This document shows positions 37,326 to 46,218 of a stretch of DNA of 64,000 bases, in pieces. Below the pieces are notes generated by a model. It was not told the DNA's origin. It saw nothing but the letters and a program-made list of their open reading frames with translations, and ran no database searches. Position 1 is the stretch's first letter. Every line of letters starts with the position of its first letter. A program made the translations under genes and the position numbers. The stretch is from Candidatus Melainabacteria bacterium 17Bon1m. GTDB lineage: Bacteria; Cyanobacteriota; Vampirovibrionia; Obscuribacterales; Obscuribacteraceae. The stretch lies in contig JAVLKG010000007.1 of NCBI GenBank assembly GCA_032128875.1, positions 64,001-128,000 of the forward strand, written 5' to 3'.

Positions 37326-38411
37326 TTAGTACAGCCCGTGCTTGGCCATCAGCTCATCGGTCATCGCAGCAAGCGTGCCTTCCTGAGCGTCGGTGCAGAC
37401 GAACTGAATCTCCTTGAAGCGCTCGGCGATCTCGTTCGCCCGCGCCAGGTTGTCACCGGCAAGTACACCGCTGGCAGTGAGTGCCGGCAGCGAACCCATG
37501 AAGCCCGCCATGACCGCTTGCCACTTCTGGTCGCGCGTGAGCGTGAACTGAAGCGAGCGGAAGTTCATGGCAGTCGGTGTTGCGAGCATGAGCCCACCCT
37601 CGCCGGTCAGGTCTTCCTGGTCCGGCGGGATGCACTCATCACCGCAGATGGTCTTCCACAGCTTGTAGATGCGGCGCGACCACTTCGACGAGTCATCGCC
37701 GACGTCCATCGCCACAATCTTGTTGCGGGAAGCACCGAAGAACGTCTGCACGAGACCGACAGGGCAGCGCCCTTCCGGACCCATTGCACCGTCGTGAAGA
37801 AGCACGTCCTCGAAAGGCACAGCGTCGATCACACCCGGAACAGCGCACGAACCGCGAACGGCGATGCCGAGCGGACCGGGCTTGTCCGAGAGCTGGATGA
37901 TGTTGCCATCTTCCTTGTGCTCGTAGATGCCGTGATCAGTGAAGACGTAGCGCGAACGACCGGCGACAGCCATCGTCCAGTAGCCCTTGGGCCAGCCGGA
38001 TTCGGTGACATTGTCGCCCGCCTTCTTAGCGAGGTCTTCGAGGAAAGTGCCGAGTTTCTCCGAGCTCATCACGCCCTTCACCGGACGAGTCTTCTCGTAC
38101 CGGCGCTGCATGAAGTAAGCGAAGATAATCTTGAAGATGCCGGAATGGCGAGTCAGCTTCTCGGCGAAATCGAGGTCAAGAGCGAGGTGAGTCAGCTCCT
38201 TTGCGTCCATTCCGAGAGCGAGAAGCGCGGTGGGGATGGAACCGCCGCTGATGCCGCCCATGGAGTGGAACTTCTTTTGCCCAGCGACGCTGAGAGCCAA
38301 GACAGTTCCAGTCCCGGCGAGGATAGCCCGCGACCCGCCGCTGCCACAGACAAGATGCAGTGACGGCGTATCGAGGTTGCGAGCACCAGAGTCATTATTT
38401 TGCGTTGTCAT
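37326..38411 (-). CDS. Patatin-like phospholipase
   Basis: GSGGSRA oxyanion loop, GISGG nucleophile elbow, SCAVPG, HDGA. Confidence 0.85.
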   Translation of the reverse strand: MTTQNNDSGARNLDTPSLHLVCGSGGSRAILAGTGTVLALSVAGQKKFHSMGGISGGSIPTALLALGMDAKELTHLALDLDFAEKLTRHSGIFKIIFAYFMQRRYEKTRPVKGVMSSEKLGTFLEDLAKKAGDNVTESGWPKGYWTMAVAGRSRYVFTDHGIYEHKEDGNIIQLSDKPGPLGIAVRGSCAVPGVIDAVPFEDVLLHDGAMGPEGRCPVGLVQTFFGASRNKIVAMDVGDDSSKWSRRIYKLWKTICGDECIPPDQEDLTGEGGLMLATPTAMNFRSLQFTLTRDQKWQAVMAGFMGSLPALTASGVLAGDNLARANEIAERFKEIQFVCTDAQEGTLAAMTDELMAKHGLY

Positions 38412-38891
38412 GGTGCGCTCCAATTAGAGGCCGATGTCCGCACCAGAGCAGGGGGGACACTTTTTCTGTTTGAGAGACGGCCTGTCATTTAAGCCAGCCA
38501 AAAATGGCAGGCGTGAAACTTAGACAGAAAGAACAGAGAAGGAATTCGGGTTAGAGGGTGGTGAAAGAAAAAAATGGAAGCGATAAAAGTACTCGTGAAA
38601 TCTAGGAAGTTTGGAGGCCCAATAACAATCGCCTTCTTCAGCCTTTTGGCTTAATAGATCTCATTCAGAGCTACGGATTAACTAGAGTTTGTAATTAGCG
38701 CTGATTTCTTACCTCGAAAAGAAGCCATGAACATGACATCCTCAAAGCGGCAACGAACCTCTTTTCAACTCGACCAAACACACAAAACACGCGCCGTTTA
38801 CCACTCGCTCCGGCTCCGCCAGTGATACCACTCCCTCATGACTTCTAATTGTCAAGACCGCGATGCTAAGCGGTTTTGCTTACAAACGGCC

Positions 38892-38918
38892 GAGCTGTGT
38901 CACAACCGATCACAGCTC
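38892..38918. promoter_or_regulatory. Palindrome in divergent fad promoter region (candidate operator)
   Basis: GAGCTGTG-N11-CACAGCTC. Confidence 0.4.
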
Positions 38919-39287
38919 ACGCCGCTTTGCTAAGTTCGATCGCATCGATCGCTGTTTTCAATGTCAGGCTGCGCACCAAAGCCAATACCACGACTTTTGC
39001 ATGAGCCGTTTCTCTTTTCTTGAACTCTTGAGATAGCGCGAAATGACCTTGTAGTCTGAGACGTTTATTTTGCAACTAATTCGTTTACACGTTCCCGGCT
39101 TCTAACTAAGTCTCCACAGCACTTCTACAGCTCTCCACTCGCTCTTTCGGGAGTGTCGGGGAGCTTTTGCTCTTGAGTTCAGTACAAGCCCGGATCTTGT
39201 CTCAACCAAATCTAGCCACAGCTCAGAACTTTAGCTCCTGAGCTCATTCTGCGTTCCCTTTCAACGAAACGCACCAAGGAGTTATAC

Positions 39288-41186
39288 ATGGCATCACAAG
39301 AAACACTGATCCATCGCTTCTGGCGCCACGTCTTCGAGAAATCTCACCGTCCCGCCTTCCTCGTGAAGAACCGGCGACCGCTTGGTGAGCCAATCTTGAT
39401 TGGCGGTGGTCCAATGCATGCTCCGCATGTCTATGTTCCGAAACGCGAGCCTTACGTTGCGCTTACTTTCGAGGACGCTGGCGTGCTCGTTGCGGAAATC
39501 GTGAACTTCCTTCGCCAGTGCGGCTTCAAGCGCGGCGATAAGGCAGCCATCCTGGCTTGGAACAAACCCGAATGGGTTTGGACGGATCTCGCGATCCAGA
39601 CCATGGGCGGCGTCACGGTTCCCATCTATCCGAACTCGAACGGCGAAGCAGTCGACTACATCCTGGCCAACTCCGGCGCGACCTTCCTTTTCGGTGACAG
39701 CTCCGAGCAGCTCGCCAAGGTCAGCCCCGATGCGCCGGTGAAGAAGTTCCTGCTCAACGAGGCGATCATCAACCTTGCCGACTACGAAGCGCAGGCTCCG
39801 AGCCGCAAGGAATACTCGATTCTGACTCGCAATCTGCTTCTCGAGATCGAGCAAGTGGTCAAAGGCGATCAGCGCAACGCGATTCTGGCCGGCGCTCTGG
39901 CGTCGATCACTCGCAGCGACCCGGCAACCATCATCTACACCTCCGGCTCGACCGGGCGGCCCAAGGGTGTCGTGCTCACGCATGGCAACATTGCCTCCGC
40001 CTGCGAGACCCTGAGTGAGACTGCCTTCCAGTTCAACGAGGAAGACGTCGCGCTCAGCTATCTGCCCCTCGCCCACGTGTACGAGCGAGTGGACGGCAAT
40101 GCGCTCACCCTGTGGAATGCCATCCCGTCTGCGTACTGCTCGCCCGAAGAGGTCGGTGACGTGCTTCCTGTCGTGAAGCCCACCATGCTCATCGGCGTGC
40201 CGGCGGTGTGGCGCAAGATGAAAGACAAGATCGACAAGAAGCTTGTCGCCGAAACCGGCGTCAAGGGCAAGCTTGTCTCCTGGGCACTCAAGCAGAACAA
40301 GCCAGGCTTCTGCCGCTGGCTTGCCGACAAGCTTGTGTTCAAGAAGGTGCGTGCAGGCATGGGCGGGCGCTTGCGCATCGTCATGTCCGGCGGCGCGGCT
40401 ATCTCGTCGGACATCCTCAACTTCTTCAACCTGGTCGGCATCAAGCTTCTGGAAGGTTACGGCATGACCGAAACCTCCGGCGGTGTGATCGTCAACACGC
40501 CCACTGCCAACAAGGTCGGCACCGTGGGCAAGGTCGTCTCCAACGTTCTCATCAAGGTCGTTCCGCGCGAAGCCGACCTGGACAAGCCGAACACCGGCGT
40601 GCTCTGGATGAAGAACAAGTACGAGCACGGTCCGATCTTCGGCGGCTACCTCGGTCTGCCGGAAGAGAACGCCAAGTCGTTCGACGCGGAGGGCTACTTC
40701 TGCTCGGGTGACGTCGTGCAGATCGTCGACGGTGACTACGTTGCCATCCGCGGTCGCGCCAAGCGGCAGTTCAAGACGGACCAGGGCAAGTACGTTTCGC
40801 CGGACGACGTCGAGAAGGCGTTCGACGGCGAGTCAATCGTGGGCTTCATGGTCCCGATCGGCGACGGTCTGCCGTTCGTCTCGGCACTCGTCTTCGTCAA
40901 CCAGCTCACAGCCAAGGATCACCTGAAGGCCAAGGGCATCACTGCTCCGTCCGGCCAGGATACCGCGGCATTCTACGCTTCGCATCCGGAGATCGTGCAG
41001 CTGATCGAACAGGCGAAGGAAACCGCCAACAAGAAGCTGCAGCGCTGGGAGACCGTCAAGAAGGTCACCATCCTGCCGGTGGAAGCGACCGTTGCAAACG
41101 GTCTGCTGACGCCGACTCTCAAGATTCGTGCCGAGGAAGCGATGAAACGCTACAAGGCCGAAATCGAGGCGATGTACAAGAAGTAA
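39288..41186 (+). CDS. fadD: Long-chain fatty acid-CoA ligase (AMP-binding)
   Basis: IIYTSGSTGRPKGV, LPLAHVYE, SGGA, EGYGMTET, SGD, TPTLK; SD AAGGAG. Confidence 0.93.
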   Translation: MASQETLIHRFWRHVFEKSHRPAFLVKNRRPLGEPILIGGGPMHAPHVYVPKREPYVALTFEDAGVLVAEIVNFLRQCGFKRGDKAAILAWNKPEWVWTDLAIQTMGGVTVPIYPNSNGEAVDYILANSGATFLFGDSSEQLAKVSPDAPVKKFLLNEAIINLADYEAQAPSRKEYSILTRNLLLEIEQVVKGDQRNAILAGALASITRSDPATIIYTSGSTGRPKGVVLTHGNIASACETLSETAFQFNEEDVALSYLPLAHVYERVDGNALTLWNAIPSAYCSPEEVGDVLPVVKPTMLIGVPAVWRKMKDKIDKKLVAETGVKGKLVSWALKQNKPGFCRWLADKLVFKKVRAGMGGRLRIVMSGGAAISSDILNFFNLVGIKLLEGYGMTETSGGVIVNTPTANKVGTVGKVVSNVLIKVVPREADLDKPNTGVLWMKNKYEHGPIFGGYLGLPEENAKSFDAEGYFCSGDVVQIVDGDYVAIRGRAKRQFKTDQGKYVSPDDVEKAFDGESIVGFMVPIGDGLPFVSALVFVNQLTAKDHLKAKGITAPSGQDTAAFYASHPEIVQLIEQAKETANKKLQRWETVKKVTILPVEATVANGLLTPTLKIRAEEAMKRYKAEIEAMYKK

Positions 41187-41224
41187 TCGCTTCTTTTGTG
41201 TGTGGCACCCATGTGAGAACTTCG

Positions 41225-41278
41225 TAGGCAAGCCGCATGCGGCTTCCTGTTCAGGGCAGCGCCTGCGCTGCCCCTACG
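41225..41278. repeat. REP-like doublet with GTAG/CTAC feet
   Basis: GTAGGCAAGCCGCATGCGGCTT ... GGGCAGCGCCTGCGCTGCCCCTAC. Confidence 0.75.
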
Positions 41279-41374
41279 GGGTTTTCATTGTGGGTGCGGC
41301 ACCCTGTCCTTGCTTGCTGCTAATGCAGATTATTCGAACCGGGCTTTAGGAGCCGGTTCGTAGAGGACAAAATC

Positions 41375-41656
41375 ATGAACACGTTTGCAAGCCTGATTCC
41401 CACCATTATCGTTGTGCTGGTCGTGGCGTTCACTTCCGGAGCAGTTCAGCAGCTCGTGCTGAATCTGTTCAACGTGAACAGCATCGCCAACCCCGGTACT
41501 CAGAAGTTCGTCCGCGCCGCTCTCAACGGTCTCGTCTTCACGGCGATGTTCGCGATCGGCTTCGCCCTCATCGGAAACCCGTACACCCTCGGATCCTTCC
41601 TGATGCTCTGGGTGATCGTCGGCGCCCTCGAGTACATCCTGCCGAGCCGGCGTTAA
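41375..41656 (+). CDS. Small three-TM membrane protein
   Basis: Three hydrophobic segments; SD GAGGA; GC-rich codon style; hairpin CGAACCGG/CCGGTTCG just upstream. Confidence 0.75.
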   Translation: MNTFASLIPTIIVVLVVAFTSGAVQQLVLNLFNVNSIANPGTQKFVRAALNGLVFTAMFAIGFALIGNPYTLGSFLMLWVIVGALEYILPSRR

Positions 41657-41986
41657 TCGTCGCCTCGCGCCTTCCTGCACAACAGGAAGAGCGGGAATAA
41701 AAAAACGCAGCGTCAAAGCGTTCTAGCAGAATTGCTGCTGTAGTTTTTTGTCAGAGTACAGTCCGATTGCCTTTTCCAGGCGTCGCCCTCTGTACTCTGA
41801 TTTTTCCACGCGTCCCTACTAATGCTTTCAGTATCTACTATCACAAAGAGTTTACAAACCGCGTTGTTGAAGGGCATATTTCAATTGGCTCGAGCTAGAA
41901 AAGAAATGCTTTCGGTCAAGAAAAAAGCTCTGGTCAAAACAAAGATCTTTTCCGCAGTTTCAGGCAACACTCATTTTCTTCTCTCG

Positions 41987-44224
41987 ATGCCGCGTCGCAA
42001 CCCCCATACAACCAAAACCATTTCACGCGCTGCAGCATGTATAGCGGCTCTGTTGCTGATACAAGCTTGCGCATCGAGCTGGCAGGTAGCGGCCGACCTA
42101 TATCGCAATGCGCAATCAGCAGAGACGTCCAAAGATCTGAAGAAAGCAGAGCAGCTCTACACTTCGTGCGTCTCTGCCGGATTAGACGCAAGACGAGAGG
42201 ACTATCAACTGGCAGCCCTCAATCGTTTGAGCGATTTGGAAAGGCAGCTAAGCAATCAGTCCAAAGCAAAAGCGTACATGAATCAAGCTGCGACTCTGGC
42301 AGAAAACATCAAGGAGGGTGCAGACAACAACAACGTGATCGACGATTCAAAACTGTTTTCCCTTCCAAAAGAACAGCATATTGCGTTAATGCGGCTTGCT
42401 GACTGGGAATTCGAAGACGGCAACTATATCTCGGCGCGCAAACTATTCGAGAAAGCATCGGCTTTAGAACAGCAATTGCAAATCGATGCCAACTCAAATG
42501 AGTCAGCGTTTTTGCGAATTGCCAGGCTGGATTCGCGCGCTGAAATCGAACACAAGCAAGTCGCATTAGCTATGTCCAAAGATCCATCTGCAGCACTGAT
42601 CCGCGGACCGGCATACGAACACCGCCTGCAAGATCGGCGCAAAATTTTGCACAGGTGGAACGAGATACTCAACCAGTATAGAGCCGACGGCACCGACAGA
42701 AGCGGTAAAGAAGTCCTAAGAATGCTGCAGCTATTGCGCACCACATATGGTTACACAGAACCAGAATTCAGAAGCGCAATGAACTTCGGCGTAAAAACAT
42801 TCCTTTTACATGGACATCCAGACCATGTCGCTTCGATTGTCGAGCAGGATCTACCTCTCTACAAAAACTTCTCGCAAGAGGATTTGGATAACGCGGTGCC
42901 GCAAGCCGTAGATAACGCCACCTGTTACGCACAGGACTTAGTCCTATTGGCAATGATCTACCGGCATCAAGGACGTTTTGAGGAGTCTCTAGGCAAATGC
43001 ATGGAGGCTCAAAAGCTTTCTAAGCAAGTGATTCCGGCCAATTCCTCACTCGAATGGGAACTTGCGCTCGAAACAGCGATTGCTCTCGAGCACAATAATA
43101 GATACGCAGAGGCTGTACCGTATCGCAAACTAGTACTGGCTAAAGCGAATCAAAATGACGTTTCACAATCAAGTTATGCCGATCTCCTGGGCAATTTAGG
43201 AACAGATTATTTCGAGGGTGGAAACAGTGTAGAAGCAGAGGCGGCCTTCAAAGAAGCCATCAGGCTAAAACGAATACAAAAGAGCAAAGAAAGCTTTTCG
43301 TACATTTTATTGGCATATGCAAAAACTCTTTTAGCCCTTGGACGAAACGCCGAAGCGCGCAAAATCCTACTTGAATCAATTCCTGACAGCCAGAAGGAAG
43401 GTGGATTTCAACCCATCCACAATTATTCACTGCTGGTATCAGCTTGTCGGGACATAAATCCCAAGGAAGCGGTGATTTACGGCAAGAAATCGATTGAACT
43501 GATGCGCAAGAATGGCACATACAATCATGACTACATGATGCCGGAAAACTGCGTGAGAGTTGCGGAAATTCAAGTCTGCCACGGACTCTACAAGGACGCA
43601 ATCAAAACACTAGACGAAGGTTATGATTGGCAAAAGTCACATGGAAAAGAACTTACCGCGCATACTGCAGGCATGCTTAACCTGAAGGGCACAGCTTTGC
43701 ACGAGCTAGGGAAGCTCGACGAAGAAGAAGCAACAAGACTCAAGGCGATAGAACTATGCAGGAGATTCAACCCACCGCAACCGGGACCTCTCGCCAGCAC
43801 CTTATTTCAAACCGCATCACGATTGCAGCAGAGATCAAAGTGGGATCAGGCAGAAAAGCTGTACAAAGAAGCGCTTCTTGTCAGTGCTGAAAAGGATAAT
43901 CCTACATGCCGTCAGGTCAGTCTACAGAGCAAGGCGACGTTAGGTGTAATCGCGGCGGTTCACCGAAAAGATACAAAATTGGCAGAGCAATACAAGTCAG
44001 AGATATTGCCGATCGACAAAAAATATTTTTGCAACATCACACACTCCGACATCTCAATGCTCGTCACTGTTGCGGACCTTTGTTTCATTCTGCACGATAA
44101 GAGGAATCTCAAACTTATCATGGATACAGCTCAGTCGATTTATGACAAAGATCCGCAAAAACAGGCTGATCAACTGGAAAGACTGCGGCGACACAGAAAA
44201 ACATACGCTGCGCTTTTGAATTAG
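41987..44224 (+). CDS. TPR-repeat lipoprotein
   Basis: Lipobox-like LIQAC after hydrophobic stretch; many TPR-like helices; start 41987 chosen for signal peptide position. Confidence 0.82.
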   Translation: MPRRNPHTTKTISRAAACIAALLLIQACASSWQVAADLYRNAQSAETSKDLKKAEQLYTSCVSAGLDARREDYQLAALNRLSDLERQLSNQSKAKAYMNQAATLAENIKEGADNNNVIDDSKLFSLPKEQHIALMRLADWEFEDGNYISARKLFEKASALEQQLQIDANSNESAFLRIARLDSRAEIEHKQVALAMSKDPSAALIRGPAYEHRLQDRRKILHRWNEILNQYRADGTDRSGKEVLRMLQLLRTTYGYTEPEFRSAMNFGVKTFLLHGHPDHVASIVEQDLPLYKNFSQEDLDNAVPQAVDNATCYAQDLVLLAMIYRHQGRFEESLGKCMEAQKLSKQVIPANSSLEWELALETAIALEHNNRYAEAVPYRKLVLAKANQNDVSQSSYADLLGNLGTDYFEGGNSVEAEAAFKEAIRLKRIQKSKESFSYILLAYAKTLLALGRNAEARKILLESIPDSQKEGGFQPIHNYSLLVSACRDINPKEAVIYGKKSIELMRKNGTYNHDYMMPENCVRVAEIQVCHGLYKDAIKTLDEGYDWQKSHGKELTAHTAGMLNLKGTALHELGKLDEEEATRLKAIELCRRFNPPQPGPLASTLFQTASRLQQRSKWDQAEKLYKEALLVSAEKDNPTCRQVSLQSKATLGVIAAVHRKDTKLAEQYKSEILPIDKKYFCNITHSDISMLVTVADLCFILHDKRNLKLIMDTAQSIYDKDPQKQADQLERLRRHRKTYAALLN

Positions 44225-44233
44225 AACCAAGTC

Positions 44234-45130
44234 TTATCCAAAGAGCCCGAGCGGATCCAATGCTTTCTTGATCACTTTGTTAGGGTCTTTGAGGTCGGAT
44301 GGTTTAGGAAAAAGTCCCAGAGGATCAGCGACTCTATGTGCTTGATCGAAATTACCACCACTCCACATACCGCTATCGGTTCTTGCGTGCCCGTGATCAT
44401 TGTTGTAATGCTCGCGAGCGCGATATCCCTCACCGGTGCCCCACAGATCTTGTCCTTGATTGATTGAACTGCCATTTTCGTAGCGACCGGTCATTTCATT
44501 GAAATTCGGTGAACCACCAGCATGCACTCTGTCTTCGTCCCGATACATGTGATCGTGAACATGACGCTCATCTTCGCCCGTTCTTGAGTCGCTGAAGTTT
44601 CTTTGTGCTGAATCTATTTCGCCAAGACTCTGTAAGAGTGACTTAATCGCTCCTCTTTCATCACCGTTCTTCAATTGTTTGATTGCTTGTTCGACTTTCT
44701 TGTCGGCATCCCTCACGTCACGACGCCCATCTACCATGTCATCCAAATTCTCCGTAGTAGCGGATGCACCCAGGTGTTTGATGGCGTTCTTGTAGTCACC
44801 GCTGGCGCCGTCCAGGGAATCGTCGCTCTTCTGCAAATCTTTCAGGAGTTTGTTGGTGTCATAATTCCCATCGAGTAATCGGTCAACAACTCTGCTTATC
44901 CTGTTTTCCGCACGAAGCAGATCGCTGTTACCGTCGTTCAATTCACGATTTCCGCGTCTCGAGTTATAGATATCGTTGTCGCCCATATCAATGAAAGTAA
45001 GCTTGCTTTCGTCTGATCTTGGATTGTTTCCACGCCAATTAGAACTATCCCACGCTTGTACTGCGAATTCACTTGTGGCGCTTGATGAGCCGCGTTCTGC
45101 TACGTCAAAAGATTCGCGCTCGGTGGTCAT
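44234..45130 (-). CDS. Hypothetical hydrophilic protein
   Basis: 298-aa ORF with SD-like AGGGG; Asp/Asn/Ser-rich; C-terminal DPLGLF twice. Confidence 0.75.
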   Translation of the reverse strand: MTTERESFDVAERGSSSATSEFAVQAWDSSNWRGNNPRSDESKLTFIDMGDNDIYNSRRGNRELNDGNSDLLRAENRISRVVDRLLDGNYDTNKLLKDLQKSDDSLDGASGDYKNAIKHLGASATTENLDDMVDGRRDVRDADKKVEQAIKQLKNGDERGAIKSLLQSLGEIDSAQRNFSDSRTGEDERHVHDHMYRDEDRVHAGGSPNFNEMTGRYENGSSINQGQDLWGTGEGYRAREHYNNDHGHARTDSGMWSGGNFDQAHRVADPLGLFPKPSDLKDPNKVIKKALDPLGLFG

Positions 45131-45323
45131 TGGAATTACCCCCTAAAAACAGCTAATGCTAGATTTTGTTAGTAAGGTTGCCCGGCTGAAGCGCAAAAGC
45201 AAAGTTAGCGGGTGCAACTATGCAACAGTACGGCGACTAACGTGGCAATTACGTGGCAACCAGCACCGGCAAGACTTTCCGCGCCTTCTTATTGTTATTC
45301 TCTCTGTCGCAAGCTTCTCTTTC

Positions 45324-46082
45324 TCAGCGCTTTTTACCGCTCAAAGGAACAAGCTCGTCCAGAAGTCCGCTGTCTTTCAACTCACCATCGTATTCTGTCA
45401 AAGTACGTTTGTAGCCAGGCGGAATATCCATCGCTTCCAACGGCATCATCTTTTTCTCACACGACAAAGTATCAATAACCACCACATGATTTTTGTTTCT
45501 CGTCACATGGATAAATCGCAAAGGCAGCTTGCCTACCTGCGGGCAGCCACGCAGGCGAGCAATCAAATTGGCAGCAGGTGCAGCGACTTTCAAATCGGAC
45601 GCAATCCAAAAACCGCATATCCGCAGCTCTTCCGGTATGCATTCAAAGCCAGTCTCATATTTTTTGTCCTTACAAGTCGCATCTATCAAGCGTTCGGAGT
45701 TCAGGTTGGCGATTTTGGCTTTCTCCACTGTTTGCCACTTCACCTTTCTCAAATCGCCGCCTTCAAGCAGCATGTAGCGTTGCATCAAAAGGGCCTGAGT
45801 GTTGTTCTTCGAATCAAAATAAGTTCGATTGGACGGGTTTAAGACCACCGCGTTCCACTGAGGCGCGCGTGCAATGGTCACTCGTCCCGCATTTTCTTGA
45901 ACAACCCGCAGAACATTGGCGCCCAGATATAAAGTTTCCAGCCCGCCCTGTCTCGATTTCTGCTTGATCACCAAGACTTCTGAAGCCTTACCTGCTGCAA
46001 AGGCTGGTTGAACAAACGCTATCAACGCCGCTACCGATAAGCAAAAACATGGCAGCAGAAAAACGCGATTGTCGTAGAGCAT
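45324..46082 (-). CDS. Hypothetical exported protein
   Basis: Signal-peptide-like segment ending PAFA; start uncertain (46082 or 46172). Confidence 0.7.
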   Translation of the reverse strand: MLYDNRVFLLPCFCLSVAALIAFVQPAFAAGKASEVLVIKQKSRQGGLETLYLGANVLRVVQENAGRVTIARAPQWNAVVLNPSNRTYFDSKNNTQALLMQRYMLLEGGDLRKVKWQTVEKAKIANLNSERLIDATCKDKKYETGFECIPEELRICGFWIASDLKVAAPAANLIARLRGCPQVGKLPLRFIHVTRNKNHVVVIDTLSCEKKMMPLEAMDIPPGYKRTLTEYDGELKDSGLLDELVPLSGKKR

Positions 46083-46218
46083 TTTAGTCAGTTCTGTAGG
46101 ATTTCGAACAACAAAGTCGCCAACTATCAGACAGACAAATGAAAGACCTATCTGTTTTATACCAAAAGCCAACGAAGTAAGTGTTTAACCATGTGGAATA
46201 TCACTATGAGCACGACTA

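Noticed and set aside
31659-38632. Shared GCGATTGTTA upstream of DUF4139-like (31659-68) and patatin (38623-32) genes, and CACCACCCTCT upstream of mgtC and patatin, as a dedicated promoter motif
   Set aside because: A rough estimate gives a few chance 10-mer matches among about 3 kb of leader sequence, and the motifs are not present in all leaders; needs genome-wide motif discovery.
22898-40628. Long antisense ORFs (22898-24430, 29714-31546, 33582-36089, 35761-37263, 37338-38363, 39294-40628; also 8707-9789 and 10328-11488)
   Set aside because: They mirror well-supported genes; strong C/G third-position bias removes antisense stops, and the translations show no recognisable motifs.
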